From: Bacteroidota bacterium | GTDB taxonomy: Bacteria > Bacteroidota > Ignavibacteria > Kapaibacteriales > UBA2268 | Direction of reading: 5' to 3' | DNA length: 64,000 nucleotides | Assembly: GCA_021824625.1 (NCBI GenBank) | Contig: JAKAKE010000181.1 | Span: 5,209-69,208, forward strand | Shown here: positions 38,366 through 48,301 of the stretch, in pieces | Layout: each line of letters begins with the position of its first letter | Numbering within the stretch: position 1 is the stretch's first letter | Translations under genes and position numbers: made by a program | The notes under the pieces: generated by a model | Told to the model about the DNA's origin: nothing | Databases searched by the model: none | The model's input: the letters and a program-made list of their open reading frames with translations, nothing else

Positions 38366-41300
38366 ATGATATTCAAACTACTCAAGCGATTTGCCTTGAT
38401 TTTACTGATGGCTTTTGCTCTAACGCAAACGTCATCGGCACAATTGCTGACCGACTTTATTTTTAGCTATTCTTATCCGGCATACGCTCCCGTCAGCGGG
38501 GGAGATGTGCTTTACCAAACGAACAGTGGCTATTGGTCGGGACAGTATCTTAGAAGTACAAACATCGGTTTCCCGTTTGTTTTCGACGGAGTAACTTATA
38601 CCCAAATGAATGTTTCGGATGCGGACTGGATCTCTTTCAGGCCTCCGTACAGTTATAATGGCCTATGGCAGACTCCATGGGATATAAACAGCATGAATGA
38701 CAGAAATCCCGCAATTTACTCTTATGGAGGATACAATTGCTTTGTTACTATGGATTCCTGGAACTTGTGTAATCCTGTTGGTGCAATGATTGTAGTTGTA
38801 TCCGGCAATTCACCCTATCGTGTTTGTACGGTTCAATGGACTAATGTTATGTTCAGATATGCTTGGTGGTATAACTGGCCCCCAACTGAGTGCTGGAACA
38901 TTCAAATCAAGCTATATGAAACAACAAATAAAGTTGAAATTCATTATGGCCCAAAGCAGTGGGGTAGTTACTTTTTTACTTCCTGCGTAGGTTTAGCAGG
39001 TCAAATTGGCTCAAACAGATATCAAAATGTTGACCCTAATTCGGGTGCAGGTACATTTTCTACACAGACAAACAATCCCGGAAGGTTCTTTAATACCTTG
39101 GCTGAATTCAATATGTTAACTGCCAACCTGAAATTCCAGTTTGCAAGGCCCGAAATTTCAAACGTTTATCCTGCAAATAATACAGGCTATCCGCGTAATG
39201 TCGTAATTCCTGCTCTGAATAATTTCGGTGTGAAGATTTCAAGGCCATCCGGAATGACTCATTATGTTCAATATGAAGTTACAGGGCCTAAGGAATCGAA
39301 TCCTTCCCAAATTGTTTACACTGCTTGGGATGCAGGCAGTCAGCCAAATATATATTTACCCAGCACAGTTCATACAGACCCGGGTGGAAATCCTGATTAC
39401 TTCTTTGTGAATGCTACAGGACCTATGGCTCAGAGTCCAGGTGTGAACGGCGACTTCTTTACTGGAGTTACCGCAGGTACTTTCAAAGCCACGGGCAGGA
39501 TGTATGAGCCTCCTCCGAGCAATTTGCTGCTTTCAACAAAACAATCTGAATTCAGTATTATTTATGATAATGATTTAGCTGTTATGAATATTATTACTCC
39601 TTTGAAGAAGGAAGAACAGCTATATCCTATTCAGGAAATACCATTGTCAATCAGGATTCAGAACAGGGGTATAAATGATATTATCGAAATGGCTGTTTCT
39701 GTTCAGATTTTCGACCACAACATGGTTAAAATATTCGAAATTATCGACAAACCTTATTCATTTACTACACCACTTCATTCGCTTGAATATAAAGTATTGG
39801 GAGATGTTGGCATATTCCCGGGAAGTGAAGCAGGTGATTACTACATAAGGGTAACGGTTAATTTAGTGGGCCCAACAGACCAGTTGCTTTCAAATAACGT
39901 TCTGCCGAGAACCGGTGATGAATGGAAGTTCAACCTTGCTCACGAAGTCGAACTCGAAGCCACTACGATTATTATGCCTTCGAACTATGACTTCTACTCA
40001 CCTCCAAACACCAGGCAATTGTATGTCAACAAACCATACAGGCCCGAAGGTTTGGTAACAAACTATGGAGTCAGCGATGTTATAGCCGGTGCAACAATGG
40101 ATATTTTTGACAGTCAAAATAATAGTGTTTATCATGACTCTGTCGAAATTTCGAATGCTCCGTCAGGTAAGTATAACACAACGATTGTACCTTTTGATGT
40201 TGACTGGATTCCCTTGGTGGCAGGTACATACAGGGTTGAATTTACTGTTTATCATAGGAACGACCCCGTCACCACAAATAACAAGAAAACCGATTATGTA
40301 ACGGTTATTGATGGTATGTGCGGTACATATACGATTGGAGCAGGCGGCAACTTCTCGACATTTGATGCGGCTGTGAATGCATTATTCGACAGAGGTGTCA
40401 GCTGCCCTGTTACATTCTATCTCACAGACACTTACTATACCGTAGGTGATAACTCAGCGCCAATTCCGGCTATTGATTTGAGTTCTAAAATTACCGGTTC
40501 CAGCGAGATTAATACTATTACATTCAAGCCATCGCCCATGAAATCTAATGAGCGAGGCGGTATTAATTCGGGTGTTACCGTTGAATTAAGGTCAGCAATG
40601 GGTGTGGGAGTTTTAATCGGACAAAATCATGTGCCGACAAGCACGAATGCTGCCGTGAATATGGTTCCTGCGAACTATAAGAAAATGTACAGTAATTCAA
40701 ACGGCTATATCAGTTTTGATGGCGGTTCAAATAAGAGCATCAGGTTTGTTGTTAACATGATGTTCCCGTTCCAATCGGCATTCTACCTCAGGCAGGGAAC
40801 TAACCATACATCAATTAAAAACTGTATATTCGAAAATGCTTCGCCCGTCAATTCCGGAAGATGCGAATTGCCAAGAACCTTGACTAACTATAAGTACGAA
40901 GAAGATTTCAACAATCTTGACAACAGGGCTTATTCAGCGGCAATTGTTATGAGAAGCAGGCCCTATTATGACTTTAACGGTGCAAATACATTTAACTTAG
41001 ATACATTGCCATGCGTTAACAATAAAATCATGAATAATGAAATAAGCGGTTATGGCATTGGCGTTGTTTCTCTCGGTGCTGGCATTCTTTGGGAATCCGG
41101 ACCGGCAAAGCACAGGAAATACTACAATGAAAACAATGAGATTTCAAACAATCTTATTTACAATGTTTCACGTGCAGGCATATTTGTTGGTTTTGAAATT
41201 AATTCAAAGATAACACATAACAGAATATACAATGTTCTTGGAACATGCAGCGATAATGCCGCAGGTATTATTGCCGGAGGTGATGACCCGCAGTCATTAT

Positions 41301-44257
41301 TATCCAATGCTTATGGATATAACAACATTAACTTGATAATCGGAGAAAACGAAATCAGCAATGTTGTTGGCACCACCAATGCCTCGTATAATTATCCACA
41401 GGTATATGGTATCAAGGTTCAGCAGAGCAGGGGTTCATATCCTCATCCTACGCTGAATAATGTTTACTTCCCGGACGTTGATGAGCATATGCTTATCAGA
41501 AACAACGTGGTTTGGGATTTAAAAGCAAGCAATGACAAAACAAGCAGGTATGGTATCAGGCTGTTCACAGAACGTATGCCTTTAGCCAATTTGCCGGTTT
41601 GGGATAACGGCTATTTCACCTTTACAGGCAGAGCTCAAGCCGAAACAACTGACCCGGTGTATTTCTCCCGCGGAGATATGATTTACAATAATACTGTCAT
41701 TATAGGCGACGATGCAGTAAGTTCACGCGGTGCAGTAATGGGTATTGCTTCTCAGCATGTCAAAAATGCTAAGATTTACAACAATGCTGTTGCAGTTCTC
41801 GATAATCTGCTCGATGCATCTTGCCCGGCTTCTGCCGCATTGTTCTATGAAGGTATTAAACCGGATTTACTTGATAATGTTTATTTATCTGACAAGAATG
41901 CTATCTGGGTACCTGCTTCTTCAGGTTCAAATGCATTCGGTTTCATCGAAACCAAAAATAGCGGTGTTGTAATTGACAATACTCCTGATGATTTAAGGCT
42001 CGATGCATACAAAACACTTAGGCAATGGTACTTCTGGGTAGGCCAGGATGTCAGTTCCGTATTTGAGAATTGGTTACCTGACTATAACTATCCTGTTTTG
42101 TTACCGAATGGTAATTTACGGATTAAATCCCCGGTTCCCGTTGGTTCGGTTTTGAACAATCGCGGTAACAGATTACCTGTTGAAGTTCCGATTGACATAG
42201 ACCAGGTAGGAAGAACATCAGGCCAGTTATATGATATTGGAGCAGATGAGTTTGACGGTACACTATGGTTAAGCGACATCGAACTTCTTATGATTTCTGC
42301 ACCCGGTGCATACAAGACAAACATTCCGCCTCTTGCAGGCTTTGGAGATGCAGAACATATTATGGGCGAGTCTCCAATTGATGTAAAAGTCAAGCTTCGC
42401 AATAATGGCAATAACCATCAATCAGGTGTTGATGTTAATTTAAAAATATATATTGAATCAAGTTCAGGCTTGTGGTTTGAAACACCAACCTATCTTGTAA
42501 TTGATACTACAATTAAGGTTAACATGCTTTCCGGAGTTACCCAGGAATTTTCATTTGGGTTAGCTAACGGCAGCGGTACGGAATTTAAACCTCAAACATA
42601 TTCCGAGCTTCCGACTTATCTGTATTATAACAGATTTGCCTCTATGCTTGGAAATATTACACCAAGATATAAGATTAAGATTCATGTTGGTGCTGACCAA
42701 AAGAATAACAATAACGACAAAGAAGTCGTTACAAGATTCTATTTGAAACAGTCCCATACATTGAATATGATTGTATCGGGCGAGAACAGCTACCATGATT
42801 TGTGGCTCGAAGATAATTTAGGCATCACAAGAATAGCTTCTGATGTTAACCCGTCTGCAACATTCACTGCCGAAGAGGTTGCCGGTTCGATGAACTATCA
42901 GTATCTGACCGGGGAATCCTCGGGAGTGACCGGGCAAACAGGACTTACCGGCATTGGCTGGTTTACAAATGTTTACCGTGATGACCCAACGACAAATACC
43001 TGGAAGATTGATGTTCTTGACCGCAGCGGTTGGGAACCCAAGACAGTTAATTACACGATGTACAGGCATTTGTTCTGGTCAGACGGCCTCGATAAACCTG
43101 TGGCAAGATATGAGAGAAAGAGTCTTGTTGACTTCTTGACAAAGCCCGTTTCTCATGATGCTAAGCAGAACTTGTTTATCGCAAGCCAGGAAATGGTACG
43201 TGAGTTAACGGGATATGGATTAGTTCCTCCTGCTAATGACCCAGCCAATCCAATAGATCCTGAATTTGTGTACACTTATTTAAGAGCACAAACTAATCTT
43301 GCACCTTGGAATGCTCCTGAATATATCTTATTTGACTATGTGAATACCATCCCTCCCATTTATGGAGTAAGAGGCATTAATGTTGGCAGAGACCTGGTTG
43401 AATTCATAACCAGTACTCATGGTATCTCCTTGTCATACTCTCAGGACCAAGACCCGATGCCCGGTGTGCTTTCATTATTCCCAAGCGGAGAAGGTTTAGC
43501 AAGAACTGCTTATCAATATTCATATAATGACCCTGCGCCGCCTCCGATGGCAATATATAACCGCGCGCCGTTCGGGGTTGGAACAACTACACTTGACAGA
43601 AATGTCATTGTATTGTGTGCTGACTGGAGACATTTTGGAAATACCGAAAGAGTTCTCCGTTCAATGCTTGACTTTGCAGAGAAGAACGGCGGAGCTATTA
43701 TTCCGGTTGAACTTCTGAGCTTCGACGCTCAGGCGAGAGCTAAGAATGTTGACGTTACATGGACAACTGCCAGTGAATATAGAACAGACAGGTTCGAAAT
43801 TGAAAGAGCTAACCTGACAGAAACCGGCAAGAGCCTGTTTAGCAGGATTGCCGACATTAAGGCTGCCGGTAACAGCTCTGAAGTTAAGAACTATGGATTT
43901 GTTGATTCAGATGTAGAATTTGGAAGTTCATACGTTTATCGTTTGAGAATGGTTGACCTTGACGGTAAGTCAGAGTTCAGTGGAGAAAAAATTGTTGAAA
44001 TAGCAGAGGATGGTATATGGCTCGGAGAAGCAATGCCAAATCCAGCTATCAATGAGGTTGTCTTCCAATATACAGGCAAACCGTCGAATCTTGAACTCGT
44101 TCTCTTTGATGTAAACGGTAAGAGTGTTGCACCAAAATTTGAATTGAGAACAAATGAGATTAAACTTGACCTTAATTTACTCACCAGCGGCAACTATACT
44201 TTAGTTGCTAAATCTGGTGATATGGTTATTAAGAGGCAGTTTACAGTAGTGAAATAA
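38366..44257 (+). CDS. giant secreted beta-helix/CARDB-like repeat protein with T9SS C-terminal sorting domain (T9SS cargo)
   Basis: 1963 aa; signal peptide (LLMAFALTQTSSA); parallel beta-helix-type repeats (NNEISGYGIGVVSLGAG; NNLIYNVSRAGIFVGFEINSKITHNRIYNV); C-terminal ~80 aa matches type-A Por/T9SS CTD (AMPNPAINEVVFQY...LVLFDVNGKSV...SGNYTLV); AGGAGG SD. Confidence 0.8.
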   Translation: MIFKLLKRFALILLMAFALTQTSSAQLLTDFIFSYSYPAYAPVSGGDVLYQTNSGYWSGQYLRSTNIGFPFVFDGVTYTQMNVSDADWISFRPPYSYNGLWQTPWDINSMNDRNPAIYSYGGYNCFVTMDSWNLCNPVGAMIVVVSGNSPYRVCTVQWTNVMFRYAWWYNWPPTECWNIQIKLYETTNKVEIHYGPKQWGSYFFTSCVGLAGQIGSNRYQNVDPNSGAGTFSTQTNNPGRFFNTLAEFNMLTANLKFQFARPEISNVYPANNTGYPRNVVIPALNNFGVKISRPSGMTHYVQYEVTGPKESNPSQIVYTAWDAGSQPNIYLPSTVHTDPGGNPDYFFVNATGPMAQSPGVNGDFFTGVTAGTFKATGRMYEPPPSNLLLSTKQSEFSIIYDNDLAVMNIITPLKKEEQLYPIQEIPLSIRIQNRGINDIIEMAVSVQIFDHNMVKIFEIIDKPYSFTTPLHSLEYKVLGDVGIFPGSEAGDYYIRVTVNLVGPTDQLLSNNVLPRTGDEWKFNLAHEVELEATTIIMPSNYDFYSPPNTRQLYVNKPYRPEGLVTNYGVSDVIAGATMDIFDSQNNSVYHDSVEISNAPSGKYNTTIVPFDVDWIPLVAGTYRVEFTVYHRNDPVTTNNKKTDYVTVIDGMCGTYTIGAGGNFSTFDAAVNALFDRGVSCPVTFYLTDTYYTVGDNSAPIPAIDLSSKITGSSEINTITFKPSPMKSNERGGINSGVTVELRSAMGVGVLIGQNHVPTSTNAAVNMVPANYKKMYSNSNGYISFDGGSNKSIRFVVNMMFPFQSAFYLRQGTNHTSIKNCIFENASPVNSGRCELPRTLTNYKYEEDFNNLDNRAYSAAIVMRSRPYYDFNGANTFNLDTLPCVNNKIMNNEISGYGIGVVSLGAGILWESGPAKHRKYYNENNEISNNLIYNVSRAGIFVGFEINSKITHNRIYNVLGTCSDNAAGIIAGGDDPQSLLSNAYGYNNINLIIGENEISNVVGTTNASYNYPQVYGIKVQQSRGSYPHPTLNNVYFPDVDEHMLIRNNVVWDLKASNDKTSRYGIRLFTERMPLANLPVWDNGYFTFTGRAQAETTDPVYFSRGDMIYNNTVIIGDDAVSSRGAVMGIASQHVKNAKIYNNAVAVLDNLLDASCPASAALFYEGIKPDLLDNVYLSDKNAIWVPASSGSNAFGFIETKNSGVVIDNTPDDLRLDAYKTLRQWYFWVGQDVSSVFENWLPDYNYPVLLPNGNLRIKSPVPVGSVLNNRGNRLPVEVPIDIDQVGRTSGQLYDIGADEFDGTLWLSDIELLMISAPGAYKTNIPPLAGFGDAEHIMGESPIDVKVKLRNNGNNHQSGVDVNLKIYIESSSGLWFETPTYLVIDTTIKVNMLSGVTQEFSFGLANGSGTEFKPQTYSELPTYLYYNRFASMLGNITPRYKIKIHVGADQKNNNNDKEVVTRFYLKQSHTLNMIVSGENSYHDLWLEDNLGITRIASDVNPSATFTAEEVAGSMNYQYLTGESSGVTGQTGLTGIGWFTNVYRDDPTTNTWKIDVLDRSGWEPKTVNYTMYRHLFWSDGLDKPVARYERKSLVDFLTKPVSHDAKQNLFIASQEMVRELTGYGLVPPANDPANPIDPEFVYTYLRAQTNLAPWNAPEYILFDYVNTIPPIYGVRGINVGRDLVEFITSTHGISLSYSQDQDPMPGVLSLFPSGEGLARTAYQYSYNDPAPPPMAIYNRAPFGVGTTTLDRNVIVLCADWRHFGNTERVLRSMLDFAEKNGGAIIPVELLSFDAQARAKNVDVTWTTASEYRTDRFEIERANLTETGKSLFSRIADIKAAGNSSEVKNYGFVDSDVEFGSSYVYRLRMVDLDGKSEFSGEKIVEIAEDGIWLGEAMPNPAINEVVFQYTGKPSNLELVLFDVNGKSVAPKFELRTNEIKLDLNLLTSGNYTLVAKSGDMVIKRQFTVVK

Positions 44258-44281
44258 AGCTTTTAGGCTTTAAACATATTA

Positions 44282-44320
44282 CAGCCCGTCAGGTAAAAAT
44301 CTGACGGGCTGTTTTTTTTT
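44282..44320 (+). terminator. rho-independent terminator
   Basis: Perfect 11-bp stem cagcccgtcag/ctgacgggctg, loop gtaaaaat, followed by T9. Confidence 0.85.
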
Positions 44321-44418
44321 GGTTTTTTTGTTGGTAAATTTTCAGGATTAATAAATTCAATACAATTCTAAACAACCGCCAAATTGAAGTTTGCTGCTAT
44401 TTCGGAAAAAAAATTGTT

Positions 44419-44859
44419 TTAGTCAATTGTTATTACTCTTTCGTTCTCATTATTTTTTTTAAATTTGATATTGACTGAATATGAATCGGGAGGAAGGATG
44501 CCAAAAGCTTTGTCTGCCCATTCGACGAGTTTAATTGAATCACTTGAAAATATTATTTCATCGAAACCAATCTCTATAAGTTCATTTGATTTTTTTATCC
44601 TGTACAGGTCAATATGCAGTATTGGGATTTCATTATTTTCCAACACACCTGCATATTGATTCATTATTGTGAACGTAGGGCTGTTAACAAGTTCATCAAC
44701 TTTAAAATAACTGCAGATTCCTTTTATAAATTCGGTTTTACCGGCACCTAAGTCACCGAATAAAGCGACAACATTTCCGGGTTTTAATTCTGCCGCAAAT
44801 CGAATACCCAAATCAAAAGTTTCCTGCTGACTCTTTGTCGTAAATTTTCCAAGTTTCAT
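44419..44859 (-). CDS. tsaE: tRNA threonylcarbamoyladenosine biosynthesis ATPase TsaE
   Basis: P-loop ALFGDLGAGKTEFIKGI and overall YjeE/TsaE pattern, 146 aa. Confidence 0.85.
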   Translation of the reverse strand: MKLGKFTTKSQQETFDLGIRFAAELKPGNVVALFGDLGAGKTEFIKGICSYFKVDELVNSPTFTIMNQYAGVLENNEIPILHIDLYRIKKSNELIEIGFDEIIFSSDSIKLVEWADKAFGILPPDSYSVNIKFKKNNENERVITID

Positions 44860-44899
44860 AACCCAAATTAAAAACTTTTGGTATGATTTCTATAAAAAA

Positions 44900-46471
44900 T
44901 TATTTTTTTCTTAGGGTTATTACTGGAATAATCATTTCCTCCATAGATATGCCTCCATGCTGGAAACTGTCTTTATACCTTTGCAGATAGTGGTGATAAT
45001 CAGTCGGATAGACAAAATAGTAATCTTCTTTTGCTATTATATTATTGACGGTTATGCCTGAATTAGGTAGTTTATAATTAATTGGATTTCTAATTTGCAT
45101 TGCATGTCGTTGTTCGGCTTTTACATTTTTTCCAAATTTATACCTAAGGCAGGTTGAAGTATCTTTATCGCCAAGTACTTTTACACCCCGCATACACCTG
45201 ATCGAACCATGGTCGGTTGTAATTACAATATTTACATCCAAACCGGCTAATAATTTTAACATACCAAAAAAGCTGGAATGTTGGAACCATGATTTGGTTA
45301 ATGACCTATAAGCTGCCTCATCAGGTGCTATTTCCTTTAGTATGGCAAAGTCTGACCTTGAATGGGCAATCATATCAACAGAGTTAATTACAATAGCAGT
45401 AAGATGGCTTTTGGCATAATTGAGAATGTTGCCCTCTATTTTCTTTCCAAAATCGGTATCATGGATTTTGATATAATTAATTTGGTTATCCAATTTTATT
45501 TTTTTTCTTTTCAATTGCTCTTCGAGTAACTCTTTTTCATACGCATTTGCCTTATGGTCTTCCGAATTAGTTTCACCAACCCACCACTGAGGATAGTGCT
45601 TTTGAATGTCAGAGGGCATCAAACCTGCGAAAATGGCATTTCTTGCATACGGGGTTGCTGTTGGAATAATTGAATTAAAATAATCCTTTTGAAAAGTGTA
45701 ATATGGCTTTAATAGCTCTTCCATTACTAACCACTGGTCAAGTCTCATGCAATCAATAATAAAAAATACAGTGGGTTTTGAATTCTTTAATTGTGGAAAT
45801 AAATATTTCTCGACAATATCGGGTGATAAATCAGGGATGTTATCACTATATGTTTTGTTAACCCAGTCATAATAATTATCTTCTACGAATTTTGAAAAAG
45901 CAGAATTAGCTTCACGCCACTGGTCCTTCAGAGTCTGCTCAAAACCAAGTTCCGGGCTGTTATCCAGTTCCATTGACCATGAAACGAGTTTTATATATAT
46001 ATCCAGCCAATCGTTCCAATTGAGGTTATCGAAAAACCTTGTATTTAATTGATGAAATCCAATCAAATAATCATGGGAAAGTTTCTCGGACCGGATTTTA
46101 TGCGATTCAAGATGCTTTTTAATTGCGGCGAGGATTTGTGCAGGATTAACAGGTTTCGTAAGATAATCGTCAATCTTTTTCCCTATGGCTTCTTCCATTA
46201 CGCTTTCAGCTTCATTTTTAGTTACCATAACGATTGGGGTGTAGGGATTTGTTTCTTTGAGTATTGGCAAAGTATCAAGCCCGCTCATTCCAATCATTGA
46301 CTCGTCAAGGAAGATTAGGTCGTATCGTTTTTGTTTAACAAGTTCGACCGCATCTTCGCCGTTAGTTACCTGGTCAACAGAATACCCGCGCTGTTCGATT
46401 AGAATAATGTGTGGTTTCAATAAATCTATCTCATCGTCTATCCAAAGAATTTTTCCTTTAGAATTTTCCAT
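44900..46471 (-). CDS. porX: PorX-like response regulator (receiver domain + PglZ/alkaline-phosphatase-superfamily domain)
   Basis: N-terminal REC (ILWIDDEIDLL...DLIFLDESMIGMSGLDTL...PIVMVTK) followed by ~380-aa PglZ-type domain (IIDCMRLDQW; ITTDHGS; HGGISMEE); size 523 aa matches PorX of T9SS-bearing bacteria. Confidence 0.7.
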   Translation of the reverse strand: MENSKGKILWIDDEIDLLKPHIILIEQRGYSVDQVTNGEDAVELVKQKRYDLIFLDESMIGMSGLDTLPILKETNPYTPIVMVTKNEAESVMEEAIGKKIDDYLTKPVNPAQILAAIKKHLESHKIRSEKLSHDYLIGFHQLNTRFFDNLNWNDWLDIYIKLVSWSMELDNSPELGFEQTLKDQWREANSAFSKFVEDNYYDWVNKTYSDNIPDLSPDIVEKYLFPQLKNSKPTVFFIIDCMRLDQWLVMEELLKPYYTFQKDYFNSIIPTATPYARNAIFAGLMPSDIQKHYPQWWVGETNSEDHKANAYEKELLEEQLKRKKIKLDNQINYIKIHDTDFGKKIEGNILNYAKSHLTAIVINSVDMIAHSRSDFAILKEIAPDEAAYRSLTKSWFQHSSFFGMLKLLAGLDVNIVITTDHGSIRCMRGVKVLGDKDTSTCLRYKFGKNVKAEQRHAMQIRNPINYKLPNSGITVNNIIAKEDYYFVYPTDYHHYLQRYKDSFQHGGISMEEMIIPVITLRKK

Positions 46472-46689
46472 AAAATATCCCTATACGTTTATTTTAAAAT
46501 GACAAATTATATAAAAAAGTATAGATGAAGGTATAATCAGACCACGCATTATTAATAAAAATTTTAAGTGTAGAAGGAGTTTGAAACAAAATATTGTTTT
46601 TAATGCCTTTCCAATACAATTTTTCTTTTAAAATTTAGTTTAATACCTTACTTTTACTGATTATAATTAACAATATTAATAAATTTGAT

Positions 46690-47997
46690 ATGAACCTTCA
46701 AAAACTCACTTTGAAATCTCAGGAGGCTGTTCAGGCCGCCGGAGAGATTGCCGTTAGTTACAACAACCAGGCAATTGAGGAGTCTCACTTATTTGCTGCG
46801 ATGATTCAGGATGAGGGAGGTATTATTCCTGAAATATTAATGAAGCTTGGTACTAACATGGCTTATTTAAAGGTAAAGGTATTTGAGGAACTTGAAAAAC
46901 TTCCTAAAGTGAGTGGAAATACTAATCAATTTTTATCTCCATCATTAATGAAAATCCTTGATGAAGCCGAGAAGGAATCAAAAACCCTTAAAGATGAGTA
47001 TATAAGTACAGAACACATTCTTATTGCATTGTCAACGGTTAAATCACGTATTTCGCAATTGTTGAAAGACAATGGCGTTAACAAAGAAAATATATACAAA
47101 ATACTGCATGAAATAAGAGGTAGTCAAAGAGTAACAGACCAAAACCCGGAAGACAAATACCAGGCATTGAAACGTTATGGAAGACTTTTGAATGAAGAGG
47201 CAGAGCAAGGTAAGCTTGACCCTGTAATTGGAAGGGAAGATGAAATCAGGCGTGTTCTGCAGGTGCTTTCAAGAAGGACAAAGAACAATCCTATTTTGAT
47301 AGGTGAACCTGGTGTCGGTAAGACTGCAATAGTCGATGGAATTGCCCACAGGATTGTTACAGGGGATGTCCCTGATACATTAAAAACAAAGCAGGTTGTT
47401 ACGCTCGACCTTGGGGCATTAGTTGCAGGAACAAGCTTCAGAGGGCAGTTTGAGGAACGTTTAAAGGCTGTAATCAAAGAAGTAACCGATTCAGCAGGGC
47501 AGATAATCTTATTCATTGATGAAATTCATACACTGATTGGTGCCGGAGCCGCCACGGGAAGCATGGATGCGGCAAATATATTGAAGCCGGCTCTTTCACG
47601 GGGGGATTTACGCTGTATCGGTGCCACTACCATTGATGAATATCAGAAGTATATTGAAAAAGATGCCGCACTCGAAAGGCGTTTTCAAAAGGTTATGGTG
47701 GAAGAACCTACAATTGATGACACTATTTCAATTCTAAGAGGACTGAAAGAAAGATATGAAGTTCATCACGGTGTCAGGATTACAGACCCTGCTATTGTGG
47801 CTGCATCAGAACTGTCAACACGATACATTACAGATAGGTTTTTACCGGATAAGGCTATTGACCTGATTGACGAAGCCGCAAGTAAGCTAAGGATGGAGAT
47901 TGATTCCATGCCCGCCGAATTGGATTCGATTGAGAGGAAAATCCGTCAGCTTGAAATTGAAAAACAGGCTCTTCTGAGGGAAATCGGTAATAAATGA
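46690..47997 (+). pseudogene. clpB: truncated clpB (N-domain + NBD1 + start of M-domain only; 435 aa vs ~860 aa)
   Basis: Clp N repeats, Walker [15 protein letters not shown], Walker [11 protein letters not shown], sensor-1/Arg finger region, M-domain coiled coil [22 protein letters not shown] then stop (REIGNK*); no NBD2 anywhere in window; abrupt drop in GC downstream. Confidence 0.65.
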
Positions 47998-48073
47998 ATA
48001 ATGAAAACTAAAATATGAGTGTTGAAATTATTATATTTGTTTGTTGTTAAAATTTATTATTCAAGGGTTTTAT

Positions 48074-48298
48074 ATGATAACACTCACTAAAATTGATAAT
48101 AGTCTTGTTACAGTTAATGCAGATGAAATAGAAATTGTTGAAACATTCCATGACACCACTGTCAGCCTCAAAAGTGGGAAGAAACTTATTGTACAGGAAT
48201 CTGCCGATGATATAATTGCAAAGGTCATATTTTACCGTCAGCTGTGTTTTTCAAATTATTTTAATGAACCCGATATAAAATCTACGGACAGTCTTTGA
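48074..48298 (+). CDS. FlbD-like small protein (PF06289 family)
   Basis: MITLTKIDNSLVTVNADEIEIVETFHDTTVSLKSGKKLIVQESADDIIAKVIFYRQ aligns well to the FlbD pattern MI.LT.LNG....LNA..IE.IE..PDTVI.L.NGKK..V.ES..EV...V; start chosen at internal Met of the annotated ORF. Confidence 0.6.
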   Translation: MITLTKIDNSLVTVNADEIEIVETFHDTTVSLKSGKKLIVQESADDIIAKVIFYRQLCFSNYFNEPDIKSTDSL

Positions 48299-48301
48299 AA
48301 A

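Noticed and set aside
46690-47997. Calling the ClpB ORF a complete functional clpB gene
   Set aside because: The reading frame ends inside the M-domain at 435 aa, and no NBD2 is encoded downstream on any frame. It is treated as a truncated gene or pseudogene instead.
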